From assembly GCA_001662655.1 (NCBI GenBank), contig KV460227.1: 64,000 nucleotides of DNA; one strand, written 5' to 3'. The DNA is from Pseudogymnoascus verrucosus (Eukaryota). The notes beneath the pieces were generated by a model. That model saw nothing but the letters and a program-made list of their open reading frames with translations, had not been told where the DNA came from and did not search any database. A program made the position numbers and the translations under genes. Of this stretch, positions 12,025 to 25,013 are shown in pieces (position 1 is the stretch's first letter; every line of letters starts with the position of its first letter).

Positions 12025-14980
12025 TCAGACCACCGCACTTCTAGGCGACGCCGCCCTCGCTCCATTCCCATCGCCACCCTGCAATGTTCCCCTATTATTA
12101 CCCGCCTGCTGTGCATTCCCCGTACTGCCTCCCACCGCCAACTGCCCTACCCTCCCAAGATTCATGCTACCAATGCGGGACACGATGTTGCTCCCCACGG
12201 CATCAACCGCGCCTCTCGGGCTGGCCAAACTCGGTCCTGCCGCTGCAGTCTCCTGAACGCGGAAGAGTCGGATCGACGTCCCGTTCCATACGCCTACTGT
12301 CCCTTTGCTGACCTGCATCTCGCTGACGTACACGAAGCTCCATAGGAGGGACTCGTACCAGCCTAGGCTTAGTGGCGACCACTCGAAGGACTGGACGCGG
12401 ATGTCGGTTTGGTCGATGCCATGCGGTTGTGAGTCCTGGATGATGCGCAGGATGGATGTGCTTCCTTCAGTACCAGAGCCAGTGCGTGGGAGCAGCGGTG
12501 TAACTTGGTCGATGATGTTGAGGATGGTGTGGAGTGGTAGAATTGGGAGCCAGGATTCGATCCATTGCGCGGACGGTTCGAATTGGCCGTTGGTGTTTTG
12601 GGTTGGACCGCCGAGGCTGGTTGTGCTGTTTTGGCGTGAGAATGTGGGAGTGCCTGCTGGTCTTTTGCCGCGGGCTTTTTCGGACATGCCGCGGACCTGA
12701 GTTGGGACCGCGTCTTCGAAATCGGATGTTATTGATGACGCACGCGAGGGTTGGTCAGTGGGCGTAGAGTATGATGGTGTCATAGCATGGCCGTCGTCGG
12801 TCTCGTGGTCATCGTCGTCGTCGTCTCCGATGGCAAATGTGTTCTCTTCCTCGGGGATATTTTGCTGAGACGGGCGACGGTGCTGAGCTGTAGTTGGGCT
12901 CTGAATACTGTCCATCGAAAACCTGGGTAATTCGCTGTCGTTTGTTGTATCTCCGCTTTCATTTGCCTCCTTGCGGCGCTGGTTTTGCCGTTCAATTTCG
13001 GCCTGCCCACTTTCGAGCGTGAAGGATCGTAATGCTTGAAAGCGTTTCCTGTTCCGGATAACGGTATAGATGAAGTTTGCATTTTCTGTATGGTCAGTTG
13101 GTGTTTAAAGCCAAGATATGGATGTATCACATACTGTGGTATTGGTGCTCAATAATTGCGTTCATCGACTCCAGCAGTGATTGTAAGAGTTCATGATTAC
13201 TTTCGTTTGCGAGGAGGAATGAAGGCGCGGACATGGATGCGAATAGATGCTGGAGTTTCGAACTCGTGATGGCGTTAATGTTGACAAGATAACCTGAAAT
13301 GTTCGCGATGACTGCTAAAAGAGCAGGATAAACGGCCGATAGCTTGCCCTGACTCGTGGTAATGATCGAGAAAATAGACTGTATCAAAAAATCCGAGTAT
13401 GATCCATTAAAGGATTGGATCCTGATACTCGCCGGCAACGTATCCTGAGCTAGGAATTTCTTGTTCAGGCTGGTACCAAAATTTGGCTCCACGCTCAAGG
13501 TTTGCAGTAAGAAGGCGCACATCTTTACTACGCCCTGCTTCGCTGGATCTAACTTGTATTGGACAATGTAGAATATTAATAATATCACAAAGTCGTGCGA
13601 GCGATCCGTATCTATGATAAAGGACCGGAATCGCTTGTTGCATTGGGTTATTTCCCAGAACAACTAGGATAGTCAGTAAATATTAGACCTCACTTGATAT
13701 ATGTAACGTACCATGATTATTTCTGGTGCACACTTTGTCGATGCATGGCTCCCAGGCAGGTACGAGGTGTTTGCAACGATAGGCTGGTTTAATATCCTTG
13801 TCATGCCATCCACCATAAACTGGAAATCCTGAGGTCTATGGAGGCGCCCGAGGCTACAGGAGGTCAGCGCGTTATAATTTGACACAGGAAAAAGGCACTC
13901 ACAAATGGCGATAATAATTCTTTTGGAGGTTCGACGGCCCAGCCTCAGGCACAGGATAAACCAATGCAACAAGAAGAAACTGGATAGCGTAGGTGACGAG
14001 TATTTGCTTGGGGTCTTTGAAGACCATGTGGTTGTATGGAACTGTCCAGCTTGCTGGGTTATATTTCAAGGTCTATAAAGGTTAAAATGTGTACACTGTA
14101 GGACATGAAGCCAAACTTACAGTGTTGAGCAAAGAACAAAGCACTGACAGGACAACCTGCTTTTCGGGGCATGTTGTAATATAGGTGATTGCTTTGATCC
14201 CGACCACTGGCAGCATGTTGGCGCTCATATACATCGACTTGGATGTCAAGGTAAGGAGCAGCCGTAAGATTTCGCAGCGATTGCTTTCAAACTCCTTGCT
14301 CGTCCCAACGGGTGTGTTGCAACCGACCCCGCTCTGCCATATCGCATATGAAACCTTGTTCTTTCCCGTTGCCGGAATCGTGAATCCTCCGAAGAACAGA
14401 AGGTCGATGAGCGTGTCGATCAACTCTTCAGCAAGCGGTTTGGCATCCTCGTATTTCTCATCCTCGGATAATGCCTTGTTCGGCGGCAGAGACGCCTCGG
14501 TATCGTCGAACAGCACATCTGGCGATATGGAAGCCTTCCTCGTCAGCTTCCTTCGCGGGCCCCAAAATATCCTGTCTTCCCATTCGTGCAAACTGTCGGA
14601 CTCGTATAAATATGGTAGAATTCGAGTGAGGACCCTCACGCAGTTGAGAGCGTCTTGTTCGGGAGCGATTTCTGGATCTGGAAAGCTTGGATGGTTCCGT
14701 AGCATGGAAAGCTGTGTGACAGTGACCACCATTAGAGTTTCTAGGTTTTCTTTGGCGTCATCTCTAGTCCGGCGGACGTCGGCTGGAGAAAAAAGATTGA
14801 AGACATCTTCAGCGCTTTCAGGAAGTTCCCAAAACTGCCAACTATTAGCGGAGAGTAACCTTGGTGTGTATGATGATAGCTCACAGAAGTCCAGTAGGGG
14901 TCATCGGCAGCAATATTTCGCTCTTCAGAGAGCTTGAATATGCCCTTCTTGAAGACAAGCTTCGAGTCAGAGGCGCCCAT
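12025..14980 (-). CDS. HID1: HID1/Ecm30 family Golgi protein, multi-exon
   Basis: MGASDSKLVFKKGIFKL start (Gly2), ALNCVRVLTRILPYLYE, IWQSGVG, WIESWLP.LPLHTI and VWNGTSIRLFRVQ motifs across six or more exons. Confidence 0.9.
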
Positions 14981-15416
14981 GATGGTGGTTTCTGAGATTC
15001 ATCGATGTGGTGGTTGGCAGCAAGGAACCCCATATTGAGGCCATTCGATTGACCGGGGTTCTCGCCTCGGAGCTACCTTTCTCCGCAAATGGACAGGTCC
15101 AGATTCACATCAAGCTTGTAGATCACGATTATTCCCCATTTAAATTTAGTTTAGATAGGAGTTTAAGCTTCAATTTACTAACTTTGCAATGACTTTATTT
15201 ATAAAAAAATCCGTGGAATTGTACGTTTAATTCAATATTGTAAAAGCTTTGCCTATGAATGAGTTGTCATGTGATCTGCAGTTGACTTGCCCCTCTCGAG
15301 ATGGAAACCTCAACAACACATTCTTGGCAAGTTCATGTCACCATAATCGCCTGCAATGTTAGGGAAAGAAGCCAGAATCCAGTATACACTATCTTACTCG
15401 TCAAACATTCATCCCT

Positions 15417-17629
15417 ATGTCCCTTTCTAAGAAAAGCGCCTTCTCTTGTGACCAGTGCAGGAAGAGAAAGGTCCGATGTGGCGGGGAACAACCTTTCTGC
15501 AAGCGTTGTGTCGCACGAGAAGAAACATGTGAATATAAATTGCCGCCAACACTATCATATACCCAAAAGTTGGAAAGCAGAGTCGAAGAATTGGAGCGCC
15601 TTGTGTCACAGCTACAAATACCGCCAGCGAAGGAGTCCAGTGGGTCCCCGCAACCTGGATCCCCTAAGCCGAGAAGTGGGCTTCCACCGGTCTCCTTTGA
15701 AGGCTTGAAATTTGATAACCAGGGATCCATTACCTATCATGGGGCAACAAGCTTTTTCCATTTACCGAATGCTGCGTCGGACAAGCCGTCGACTGGTATT
15801 GTGTCAGATGACCCGTCAGCAAGCCTTGATGGCGAACGCATAAGGCAGAAGCTCGTCAGCAATGCATGGCACCAACGAGCTTTGGAGACCTTTGCAGAAA
15901 CGCCAGTAAGAACCTATCAAACAAGTTACATCTGGGAATGATAACTAAACAGCTGCAGGAACCGTTTCAGTTTTTGCTCAAAACCCACTGGTGTTGGATT
16001 CAGCCGCTGTTCAACTTTGTGTATAGGCCGGCTTTCACACGTAGGTATCTTCTCAAAATTTTACCAATGGTGGCTAATACAGAAAAAGGTGATATGGAGG
16101 TCTCGGGCCCGTATTATTCGCATGCATTGCTAAATACTATGCTATCGCATTCTATTCGTTGGTGTAAAAAGAGCCAAATCAGCCACCTGCTTGTGCCATA
16201 TGAGGACGGCGAAGTATTCTCTCGGCAGGCACGCACCTTGCTGTTTGATGAGCTGAGAACTGGTCAAAGCAGAATTCCTACAGTCCAAACTCTTCTCTTG
16301 TTAAGCGCACAAGAATGTAGCTATGGCAATCGTACCCAGGCGTGGCTTTACAGCGGCATGGCATTTAGGCTGATCGAGGATCTCGGTATCTGCATTGACG
16401 GCCAGAAATATGCCGGGTCAGTGCGGCTATCAGATGAAGATATTGAGATTAGACGACGTGTTTTCTGGAGCTGCTACTTCTGGGATAAGATGATAAGTCT
16501 CTATCTTGGCAGATCACCAACGTTACAGCATTCTAACGTTAGCCCGCCTCAGATCATGTGTGAGTACCCCTTCGAAGTTGTGCTACTATTGCTTATACGT
16601 ACTTGCAGTGGATGATTCGGCAGAAACCGAGCTTTGGAGCCCGCATGGTATTGTATATCCCGAAGGCATGGAATACGCACCAACACAGGCTCATTCTATA
16701 TCCTGCTTCGTGAGAATGTGCCAACTCTCCGAAATATTCAATCAGATCCTCATTCACATCTACGATCCGCTGCAAGAAAACTCCGAAGACGAAATTCAGA
16801 ATTGTATCATGGTTGAAGGGGAAGCTCTGAAATCGTGGTGGCAAGACCTTCCGAATTTTCTCAGGATCGATCCCAGAGAGATGCCACTTCAGTGCCCACC
16901 TAGCCATATTGTCACTCTGAAGTATGTACTGTAATTAAATGTGGTAGCGTATGCTAACGAATTCTAGCTGCTTATATCATACCTTTACGATTCTTCTTTA
17001 TCGGCCAATGCTATTTCAACGCTCAGAGGTCACCGACCAGAAACCAGATCCGAATCATCTAGTGGAGTGTATTTCGTCTGCCACTTCAATTATTGCGATC
17101 TTCGACCTATTTTGCAAAACATTTGGAGACAACTATTGTATTCTCTCACTGTCTTACAGTGTTTATACTGCAGCATCGATATTCTTGCTCCAAGTTCAAG
17201 CTGGGATGTCGCGGGATGAACAGACCTTAGCACGGCTGAAGTTCTCTATATACTCCCTCGAACGGGTAAAATCAACCAACCCAGGTAGGCATTCCCCATG
17301 CTTTATTTTGGCTCGGCTTACAGACTCGTATAGTAATTACCAGTGCATTGGACCTAATTACCAAGGCACTCTCCAAATTAGACATCGACCTATCAGGACT
17401 TGCCATCCATAGTCTTACCCCTACAGATTATACCCCGCCTGTCCAGGGTGAATTCCTCCCACTTCTACCCGATCCGGTGCCAATTGTACCGCAGGTAGGA
17501 GCAGATGGCAACCTACAGGATGCATACATTTACAATTTCAATCCTGACAACTTCGAGGTGACAAAGGAGATGCTCGAAGCCTTTTCATCTCTGGAGCCCG
17601 TCGATGCGACAGTGTCGCGATTGTGGTAA
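15417..17629 (+). CDS. Zn(II)2Cys6 transcription factor with fungal-specific TF domain
   Basis: CDQCRKRKVRCGGEQPFCKRCVAREETC; AWLYSGMAFRLIEDLG and RRRVFWSCYFWDKMISLYLGR; several GT-AG introns. Confidence 0.92.
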
Positions 17630-17882
17630 TAGGGCCATTAAAATAATGATGAATGCCAGTAATTCGTACTGGGATGCTTGTCAAAGGCTCTGGCAGCCCA
17701 TGCATAGAGTTCACACATCATCACTATGTCACTTCGGACACGCTGATACACGATGCAGTAACCTGCTATCTTGGCTTTGGGTATGTCTCGCTTTTCTAAA
17801 TTTTATCATCAATCGCTCCACTGTGGTCAGCTCTTTCGTGGTTATTATCACAAATCAGTCTGCTGTCTGTCTTGTGTAAATT

Positions 17883-18902
17883 CTATTTTTCATTGCTAAC
17901 TGACCACAGATCTTCAGCATTATATTTAAAAATCCTCTCTATAAGGGTATTATCTTCCCCGCACCACTCCACCACACTTTCCACAAATGGCTTGATGTCT
18001 AATCCTTCGAATCGTGTATGCGGCCAATCGGATGCAAACACTACCTGGTTCGGCGCAACTCTCAGCAGCTCTTTTGCCATAGGCTCCAAATCCAAATGTC
18101 CAGCATCTGGGCTCAGCCGATATGGTGCAGACATTTTCAAATATGTACTTCCTTGCGATAGAAGGTTGACGAGCGACGTAAATCCCGGGAGGGAGTATGG
18201 GTCACCAGCGACTGGATACCCCAAAGTACCGGATAGCGTTGGGCATCCAAAATGATCCAAGCAAACCTTCACTCCCAATTTCGGAACAACGGTCTCCAAT
18301 ATAGTTGCCGTATTGAGCGGGACATAAAGCTGCAACACCCAGCCATATGAGCGTATTATGTCCGCATATCGTTGCAAGGTGGCCGTGAGCTCAACTGGAT
18401 CCATCTGCTGGCCCACAGATTGCAGGTTGATTCTGACTCCTCGGACCCCTATCCTGTGCCACACATCGAGAGTTAAAGAATTGATTGATTTCGGATCGAA
18501 TGTTACAACAGCGCGCCCATTTTGGGGGCCAATCCTGCGTAACGCATCGAGCATGCACGAGTTATCGTTGCCATAAATTGATGGCTGGACGAGAACGATC
18601 TTTTGGATGCCTAGTGTCGACTCGAATGTTAAGGCGTCTGATAGAAGATGAGGTTCGGGGGTATATTGTGCCCCTTCGGCGAGAGGATATTGCGTTGGAT
18701 CGACTACGTGCATATGGCTATCCCATGATTTGTGGGGGATCTTTTGAAGGAGTAATTCTCGAATAGAGGCTTTCTGTGTTGGGCGTGAGCCGGTCCAGAA
18801 TTGTCTCCAAGATGATGCTCTGGCTAGAAAGAAAATAGGACGCATAAAGCGCCTCATGATGGATCTGGCTAGGCCAATCACAGATATGATCATTCTCCGC
18901 AC
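17883..18902 (-). CDS. Amidohydrolase_2 family lactonase (LigI/2-pyrone-4,6-dicarboxylate hydrolase-like); start uncertain
   Basis: Intronless ORF; WDSHMHV, VQPSIYGNDN, GVRGVRINL, DHFG, YLKMSAPYR, FASDWPHT. Confidence 0.85.
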   Translation of the reverse strand: MRRMIISVIGLARSIMRRFMRPIFFLARASSWRQFWTGSRPTQKASIRELLLQKIPHKSWDSHMHVVDPTQYPLAEGAQYTPEPHLLSDALTFESTLGIQKIVLVQPSIYGNDNSCMLDALRRIGPQNGRAVVTFDPKSINSLTLDVWHRIGVRGVRINLQSVGQQMDPVELTATLQRYADIIRSYGWVLQLYVPLNTATILETVVPKLGVKVCLDHFGCPTLSGTLGYPVAGDPYSLPGFTSLVNLLSQGSTYLKMSAPYRLSPDAGHLDLEPMAKELLRVAPNQVVFASDWPHTRFEGLDIKPFVESVVEWCGEDNTLIERIFKYNAEDLWSVSNEK

Positions 18903-19556
18903 AAGCTTTCAAGGGATATTATATAGAATATAGATGAGATAAAAGAGTTTGTAAAGGAGGCTCGACGAGAATTCGCGTGGCTACGGCATCACCAAGTCTT
19001 GTAAGAAGTGCGAAAATGAAGAAAAAGAGAATTACAAATATATACTTCCAATTAGTCCACCGGATAGATGACTCCGTAATGCGTAATTGCGTGTCCTCGG
19101 CATGTTAAGATACCACTAGCCACGTTGTGGGCAAAAATACGATTTTGCTAGGTCTGTAAGTGTTGAAGTCGGCAGTCGTTTGCCGCCTCGTTTGCCATCG
19201 GAAGTTGACCGAGAGCGTGGACTTGTGGGGTTTGTACAACGCGTGCACGGTCTCGGTCAACTTCCGAGGCGAGACTTCATCTCCCAACTTCTCTCCTGTC
19301 AGCCTCATGGTAGAGCATACACTGCTGGCGTCAGGTTAGCATTTCTGGGCAACTTCACTCTGGTGCCGAAATCGGGAATATATAACGGATACCACGCGAA
19401 GTTCACGTTTTACGCCCCCCGCAAAATCCGCAATGAACGTTGGGTCACAACTACCCCACATCTAACAGTTGAATAAAGCTGGGGTTGCTTCCCCAACTTT
19501 TGCTATTACATTTTTGGCACATTCGTTTCACATTGCTGCTTATTTACCGAGGCGCC

Positions 19557-21257
19557 ATGTTTGACATCAATCCGTACTATGTATTCACCATTCTGGTGAT
19601 TGCGTCAGGAAGTATTCCGAAAGGTAACCGCATCCCGAATCTTTGCCACTACAACCACTAACTGTATTATATAGGATACGACGAAGGAGGGTTCAGTGCC
19701 TCTGTTGGATTGAATTCATTCAAGAATGATTATGGGCTAGCAGCCTCGCTCTGGAAAAACGACCCATCAGGCCTCGCAGACCGCAAAGCCAACATATCAT
19801 CGTTTGGCGTCCTTGGTGCGGCGTTCGGCTCGTTAATCGCCCTTGCTCTCACCGATAGACTGGGTCGATTACGATGCTGGCAACTGTTTGTTGTGCTATG
19901 GGCTAGCGGTATCTTCATGCAGGTCTTTTCATCTGGTATTGTTGGCTTCATGCTATTTGCAAGAATTTGGGGCGGGTTGGGGTCCGGAGGACTTACTGTC
20001 GTTGCACCCCTTTATCTCTCTGAGATTGCTCCTGCAAAGACCAGAGGAATGATTGTCAGCATGTATATGGTGCTGCTTCTCACATTCCTGTCGATTGGTA
20101 GGTGTACCCGAAGCGTGATGCTAAGACAACAGCACTAACTATAACCAGGCTTCTTCATTAATTATGCTGTGAACGCCACTATGCCCGTCGGTGCTGCTCA
20201 ATATCGCCTTGTCCAGGCTATACCGCTTATTCCCGTTGGAATTGCCTTCATATGTTCGTTCTTCTTGTCCGATACGCCTCGATGGCTAGCATCAAAAGAC
20301 CGTGGCCAGGAGGCTCTTGCGGTTCTTGAACGTCTCCGCCACTCTGACAAGAGCGACCCTGCTCTGTCGTTGGAGTATGAAGAAATCCAGCAGCAAATAC
20401 AGTTGAGAGAGCAAAACCTTGATGGAGTCCCAATATGGACAATTTTAAAAGAGATTGCTACGATATCGACTTATCGCAAACGATTCTTACTGGGCGCTGC
20501 TATGCAGACTGTTGCACAGTGGAGCGGAGGAAACGGGATCACTTATTATATTCCCGAGGTACGATTTAACGTCTCCATGTCTGATATGTACTAACAATTA
20601 ATTTAGATTTTCACCTACGCAGGCGTAGTTGGAACCAATACCTCTCTGATTACTTCGGGCGCATACGGCATTGTGAAGCTTGTGTTTACACTTGTCTTTA
20701 CCTGGGGTCTTGTTGATGTATTTGGACGTCGCCGATGCATGCTTACTGGCCTCGGACTTCAATGCATCACCCACATCTACATGTCAATATACATGTCCAT
20801 CTTCGCTGACTCCGGCAACAAGTCAGCATCCGATGCAGCCATCGCCTCAGTATTCATCTACGCTGTTGGGTGGTCAATCGGTCTCTGCACGGTGCAGTAC
20901 CTCTATGGCACGGAAATATACCCCACGCGCATTCGCAGCGTGTGCTACGCAACAAACATGGCGCTGCACTGGTTCTTCCAATTTGCCGTGGTGCGCGTAA
21001 CGCCAAATATGTTCGGGAGTCTTGATGTGTGGGGCGCGTATATTTTCTGGGCGATAGTCTGCGCTGTTGGATTCGTCCTGCTTGGTATTTGGGCCCCTGA
21101 AACAAAGGGAATTCCAATGGAAAGAATGGAGGAGCTGTTTGACGGCCCCTGGTGGATGGGCTGGCGTGCGAAGGTCGATTTGTCAGAGGTCGGCGTGGAG
21201 AACCATGCAAGAAATGAAAAGGAGAAGCTTGCCCTAAAGGAGATGGAGAAGTTGTAG
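19557..21257 (+). CDS. MFS sugar-porter family transporter (quinate-permease-like)
   Basis: GYDEGG, DRLGR, YLSEIAP..RG, DTPRWL, QWSGGNGITYY, EIYPTRIR, PETKG; three introns. Confidence 0.92.
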
Positions 21258-21728
21258 GTTATATTTCATGTGGGAGTGATCATAGCTATATTTTTAATAT
21301 ATTTTTAATATTTCTATCGAAATCCTCTTACTCCTCGCAATTGCAATGCTCAAGCGGTTTCGGGTTCGGTGTTGATAAGTACGTGCTGGCCATGCTTACA
21401 ACTCCGCCGTTTCGGAGGAACCTATCCCTAATTCAGAAGGAGCAAGTCTTGGCATAAATGAATAATAGCTGGTGTGCCAGTGCTGACAAATTCTTCAAGC
21501 TTACATATGGCGATTAAGCTTTATAAGTTGGAAATAGCTAAATGATATGGCGTCCAATAAGAAGCTACACTTTTCTGTTCAAATAATGATCAGACCGAAT
21601 TAATATCATAGGAAACCATGTGTCGTTCGTAGCTGACCCTTCTATCCTTTGAACTCCGAAATCGCAGACACCATTTGCTGGCAACTCCGAGAGCTTCCTT
21701 CAATTTTGTCATCTACAAAAAGTATCTA

Positions 21729-22734
21729 ATGATGGCGTCGAGCGGGCTGGGGATAATCCAATTCATCAATACATCTCGTCAAGGAGAAGCTACGTCGGCG
21801 GAGGATCAGCGGCGAGCAAACTCGCACGCCGCTCGCATAGCTCATGCCAAAACAAGACGACTCCGTACAATTGAATACCAAGTTAGCAAAGCTAAAGAAG
21901 CACTGAAAGGTACCCAGAGTTGCGAAGACCGAAGTATAATAACTACGAGCGGCGTTCAGCCAATCCCCGGCGATATGATCGTCATAGAGCAATCGATATT
22001 GCCTAGTCCCACGAGCCTGTTGGCATCGGATCGGAAAGACCCCTTTGATAGTTTTGGGAGGGCCTTCAAACCAGTTGAACACTTCCTACTAGATCATTGT
22101 AAGTCATGCCACCGCCTTTATTGGTATTGTTGTGAGAGAATCAGCCTGCTTTGGATCTGTTATGAGAGAATCAGCCTGCTTTGGATCTATCTAACCCAGT
22201 ATAGACGTAAGGGTTGTAATACCACACATGGACCTAAAGTGCAACAAGCTTGTTGATTCAGGGAAGTATGTGAATTTGATGACAGGGGAGTGGGTGCGGC
22301 TTGCACTCACTAATGTTGGTACTCAGAGTGGCGTCTTTCTCGCCGCCTGCCGACATCTTGTAGAACAGCAGCAACAGCACAAGTACTCGCAGCTAGCAAC
22401 CCAATATAAGTTGTACTGCATACAGGCTCTACAGAACGCAATATCTTCCGAGGTATCATCGATGATTAGCGATGGGACCGTTGGTATTGGCTTATTAATG
22501 GCATATGACGAGGTGAGGAGAATGTAGCATTTGCTCTTCCAAGGTGAACCTGCTGACGAGATTATGAAACTCCAGTTGTGGATCGGCGACATCTCTATGA
22601 CTAGATGTCATTTGGAAGGCGTACGTAAGATGACAGAACATAATGGCGGGATGCATACGCTCGGTTTAAATGGCTTTCTAGAGCGCCTCATCCGCAAGTT
22701 TCTCTGGGAAATAAATCGACGTAATTTAAAGTAA
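21729..22734 (+). CDS. Hypothetical protein resembling fungal TF-associated domain proteins that lack the Zn cluster
   Basis: FIN...RRANSHAARIAH, RKDPFDSF and HLEGVRKMTEHNGGMHTLGLNGFL blocks; two introns. Confidence 0.65.
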
Positions 22735-23312
22735 AAATGTCAAATACAACGTCCTAGTTGTTTCAATATCCGTGTGTAAAAGCAAGGAAGTGTAATCGTT
22801 TAGGGGGGCTTCAAAAATATAATTTATGTGTTAGTAAATAGCACCATAGTTTTAATCCATATGTACCCAGATATCTAAAATACGCATCTCCACAACTCCA
22901 CAAACTAAGCTCTAATTTCGTCAGTACCTCAGATCAGATCGAGTTCCGTGGCACTAGAATGGCAGCGTTGAAAATGCCAAGACGTCCTCCTTCCGTTTTG
23001 GGATGAAGGTGGGTTGGCTCCTTTTCTACGAACCGCACCAGCTATCGAACACAACGAGAACCAGCGCTGGTATTCAACTTGAGGGGATTGGAAATCAAGG
23101 AGCGGAAAAGAACCTGAATTTGTCAGAGACGGCCATTTGTGCTCCGGAACCTACAATGCGAGCCATAAGAGGAAGCGTACTTGGGCCAGTCATGACTTCT
23201 ATAAGAATGAAGCCCCTCCTCAAAGTGACCCCAAATAAAATCGTCCCAAGCACAAGGACAACAAAGACAGCTTCTTCAAATACATATTCCAAGCAATCAA
23301 TCATTATTTACT

Positions 23313-24420
23313 ATGACTGAACCCGCAACAAACATTCCTAGAGGCTCTTGGGTCCTCGTCACAGGCGCAAATGGGTTCGTGGCATCACATGTCGCCCAGC
23401 AGTTCCTTCACCGGGGTTACAAAGTTCGAGGAACAATCCGAGACCTTGAAAAGTCCTCCTGGCTTATCCAAGACGTCTTCAAATCCTATGCAGACACTGG
23501 CGACTTCGAGCTGGTTGTTGTTCCCGATCTTGCTGTCGCAGGTGCCTTCGATGCTGTGATAAAGGGGGTGTCTATCATTGTCCATGCGGCTTCAATCGTC
23601 AATTTCTCTCCGGATCCAAACGAAGTCATACCTCAGACAGTTTCCGGTGCTACTTCCATCTTGGACGCTGCTCTGAAGGAGCCGTCGGTCAAGGCATTCG
23701 TCTATACCGGCTCAATCGCAGCTGCTGTGCTCTATGACCCAGAGAAGAGTGTCCATGTGGAGCGGGATACCTGGAATGAGGCCGCCGTACAGTTTGCCTG
23801 GGCTCCGCCACCCTACGACTCTTCGCGCAGTATGCATGTCTATCAAGCAAGTAAAACTGAAGCTGAAAAGGCCGTCTTGAAGTTCCTTGCTGAGAAAAAC
23901 CCGAACTTCAGCATCAATTCCGTCGATCCCTCAACTATTATGGGAGAAGCTCTTAATAAGAAGCACCTTGAAACCCCATATTCGTATCTCAAGGTATTAT
24001 ACGACGGAAATGTCGGCTTCCTAGCCGACATACCATCAAGTAGGCCCCCTTATTTCTAATCAGCAACCACAGGTTGAAACCGCAGTTCTATAGCTAACAG
24101 TTACTGTAGTAATACATATTGATGTCAAAGACGTTGCTCTGCTTCACGTTGCAGCGGCACTGGATCCCGAGGTTAATGGCGCACGCCTCCAAGCATGGGG
24201 AGATAACTGCAATTGGAACGATGTGCTTGCCATTGTGCGGCGGCTCTATCCTCAACGAAAATTTATGGATGATCTCCCTGTCCATCCACCACTTGCTGTG
24301 ACGACTGATTTCAGCCAACCTCTGGCTTTGCTGAAGAAATGGGGCCACCAGGATGGATGGAAGTCTTTGGAAGAAACCGTTGCCGATAATATGAAGAACA
24401 TCTTGGAATGGTATCCATAG
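23313..24420 (+). CDS. Extended SDR, aldehyde reductase II-like (NAD(P)-dependent epimerase/dehydratase family)
   Basis: VLVTGANGFVASH Rossmann motif, YQASK catalytic motif, |YIDVKDVALLHV after an intron at about 24040-24108. Confidence 0.9.
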
Positions 24421-25013
24421 AGCCTGTTTGGGTTGGGGGATTTGTTTGTATGAAAATGTAGATGGGCCAATGACTTCATAGTTCGGATTACCTATATTTA
24501 CATATATCTTACCCTCATAAATAGCTATCTCTCGTGGAAAGGAATTATTTGACCTACTTTTAATCTAATTGCATGCTGATTGTCTTTCAATAGTCTAATA
24601 GGCTATCCATGCTCCTTTGACCATGTTTTGTACACTCTACGGTCTGATAGGATTCTCATACTTCACAAGCAAGGAAAGGCGGTTATTTTAACTATACACT
24701 ATTTTCATTCATCTAGGAATGAATTTGTTCTTCAGGTAACTACTAAGACGCCTGCCGCCTCCTAAATCACGATGATTGGGGTGTGGTAATTAATCGTTCC
24801 ACTCGCCCATTTGATTACTGATATGACGTGTTGACCCAATCGGGATGTTCCGACTCGTGATTTATGACTATATTCGCTCATTCTCGAACTGAATAAGCTG
24901 TTACTTTATCTACGAATAAATAAATTCAAGGTTGAATCAAGTTATTACGTGAATGCTGCTGCAATATTTGCAAAGTCGACAACTTGGTCGATTTTGTGAA
25001 CAGTGTCCTGGAA

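Noticed and set aside
14185..14937. 250-aa plus-strand ORF
   Set aside because: Antisense to a HID1 exon.
22133..22188. 30-bp tandem duplication
   Set aside because: Lies inside an intron; simple slippage.
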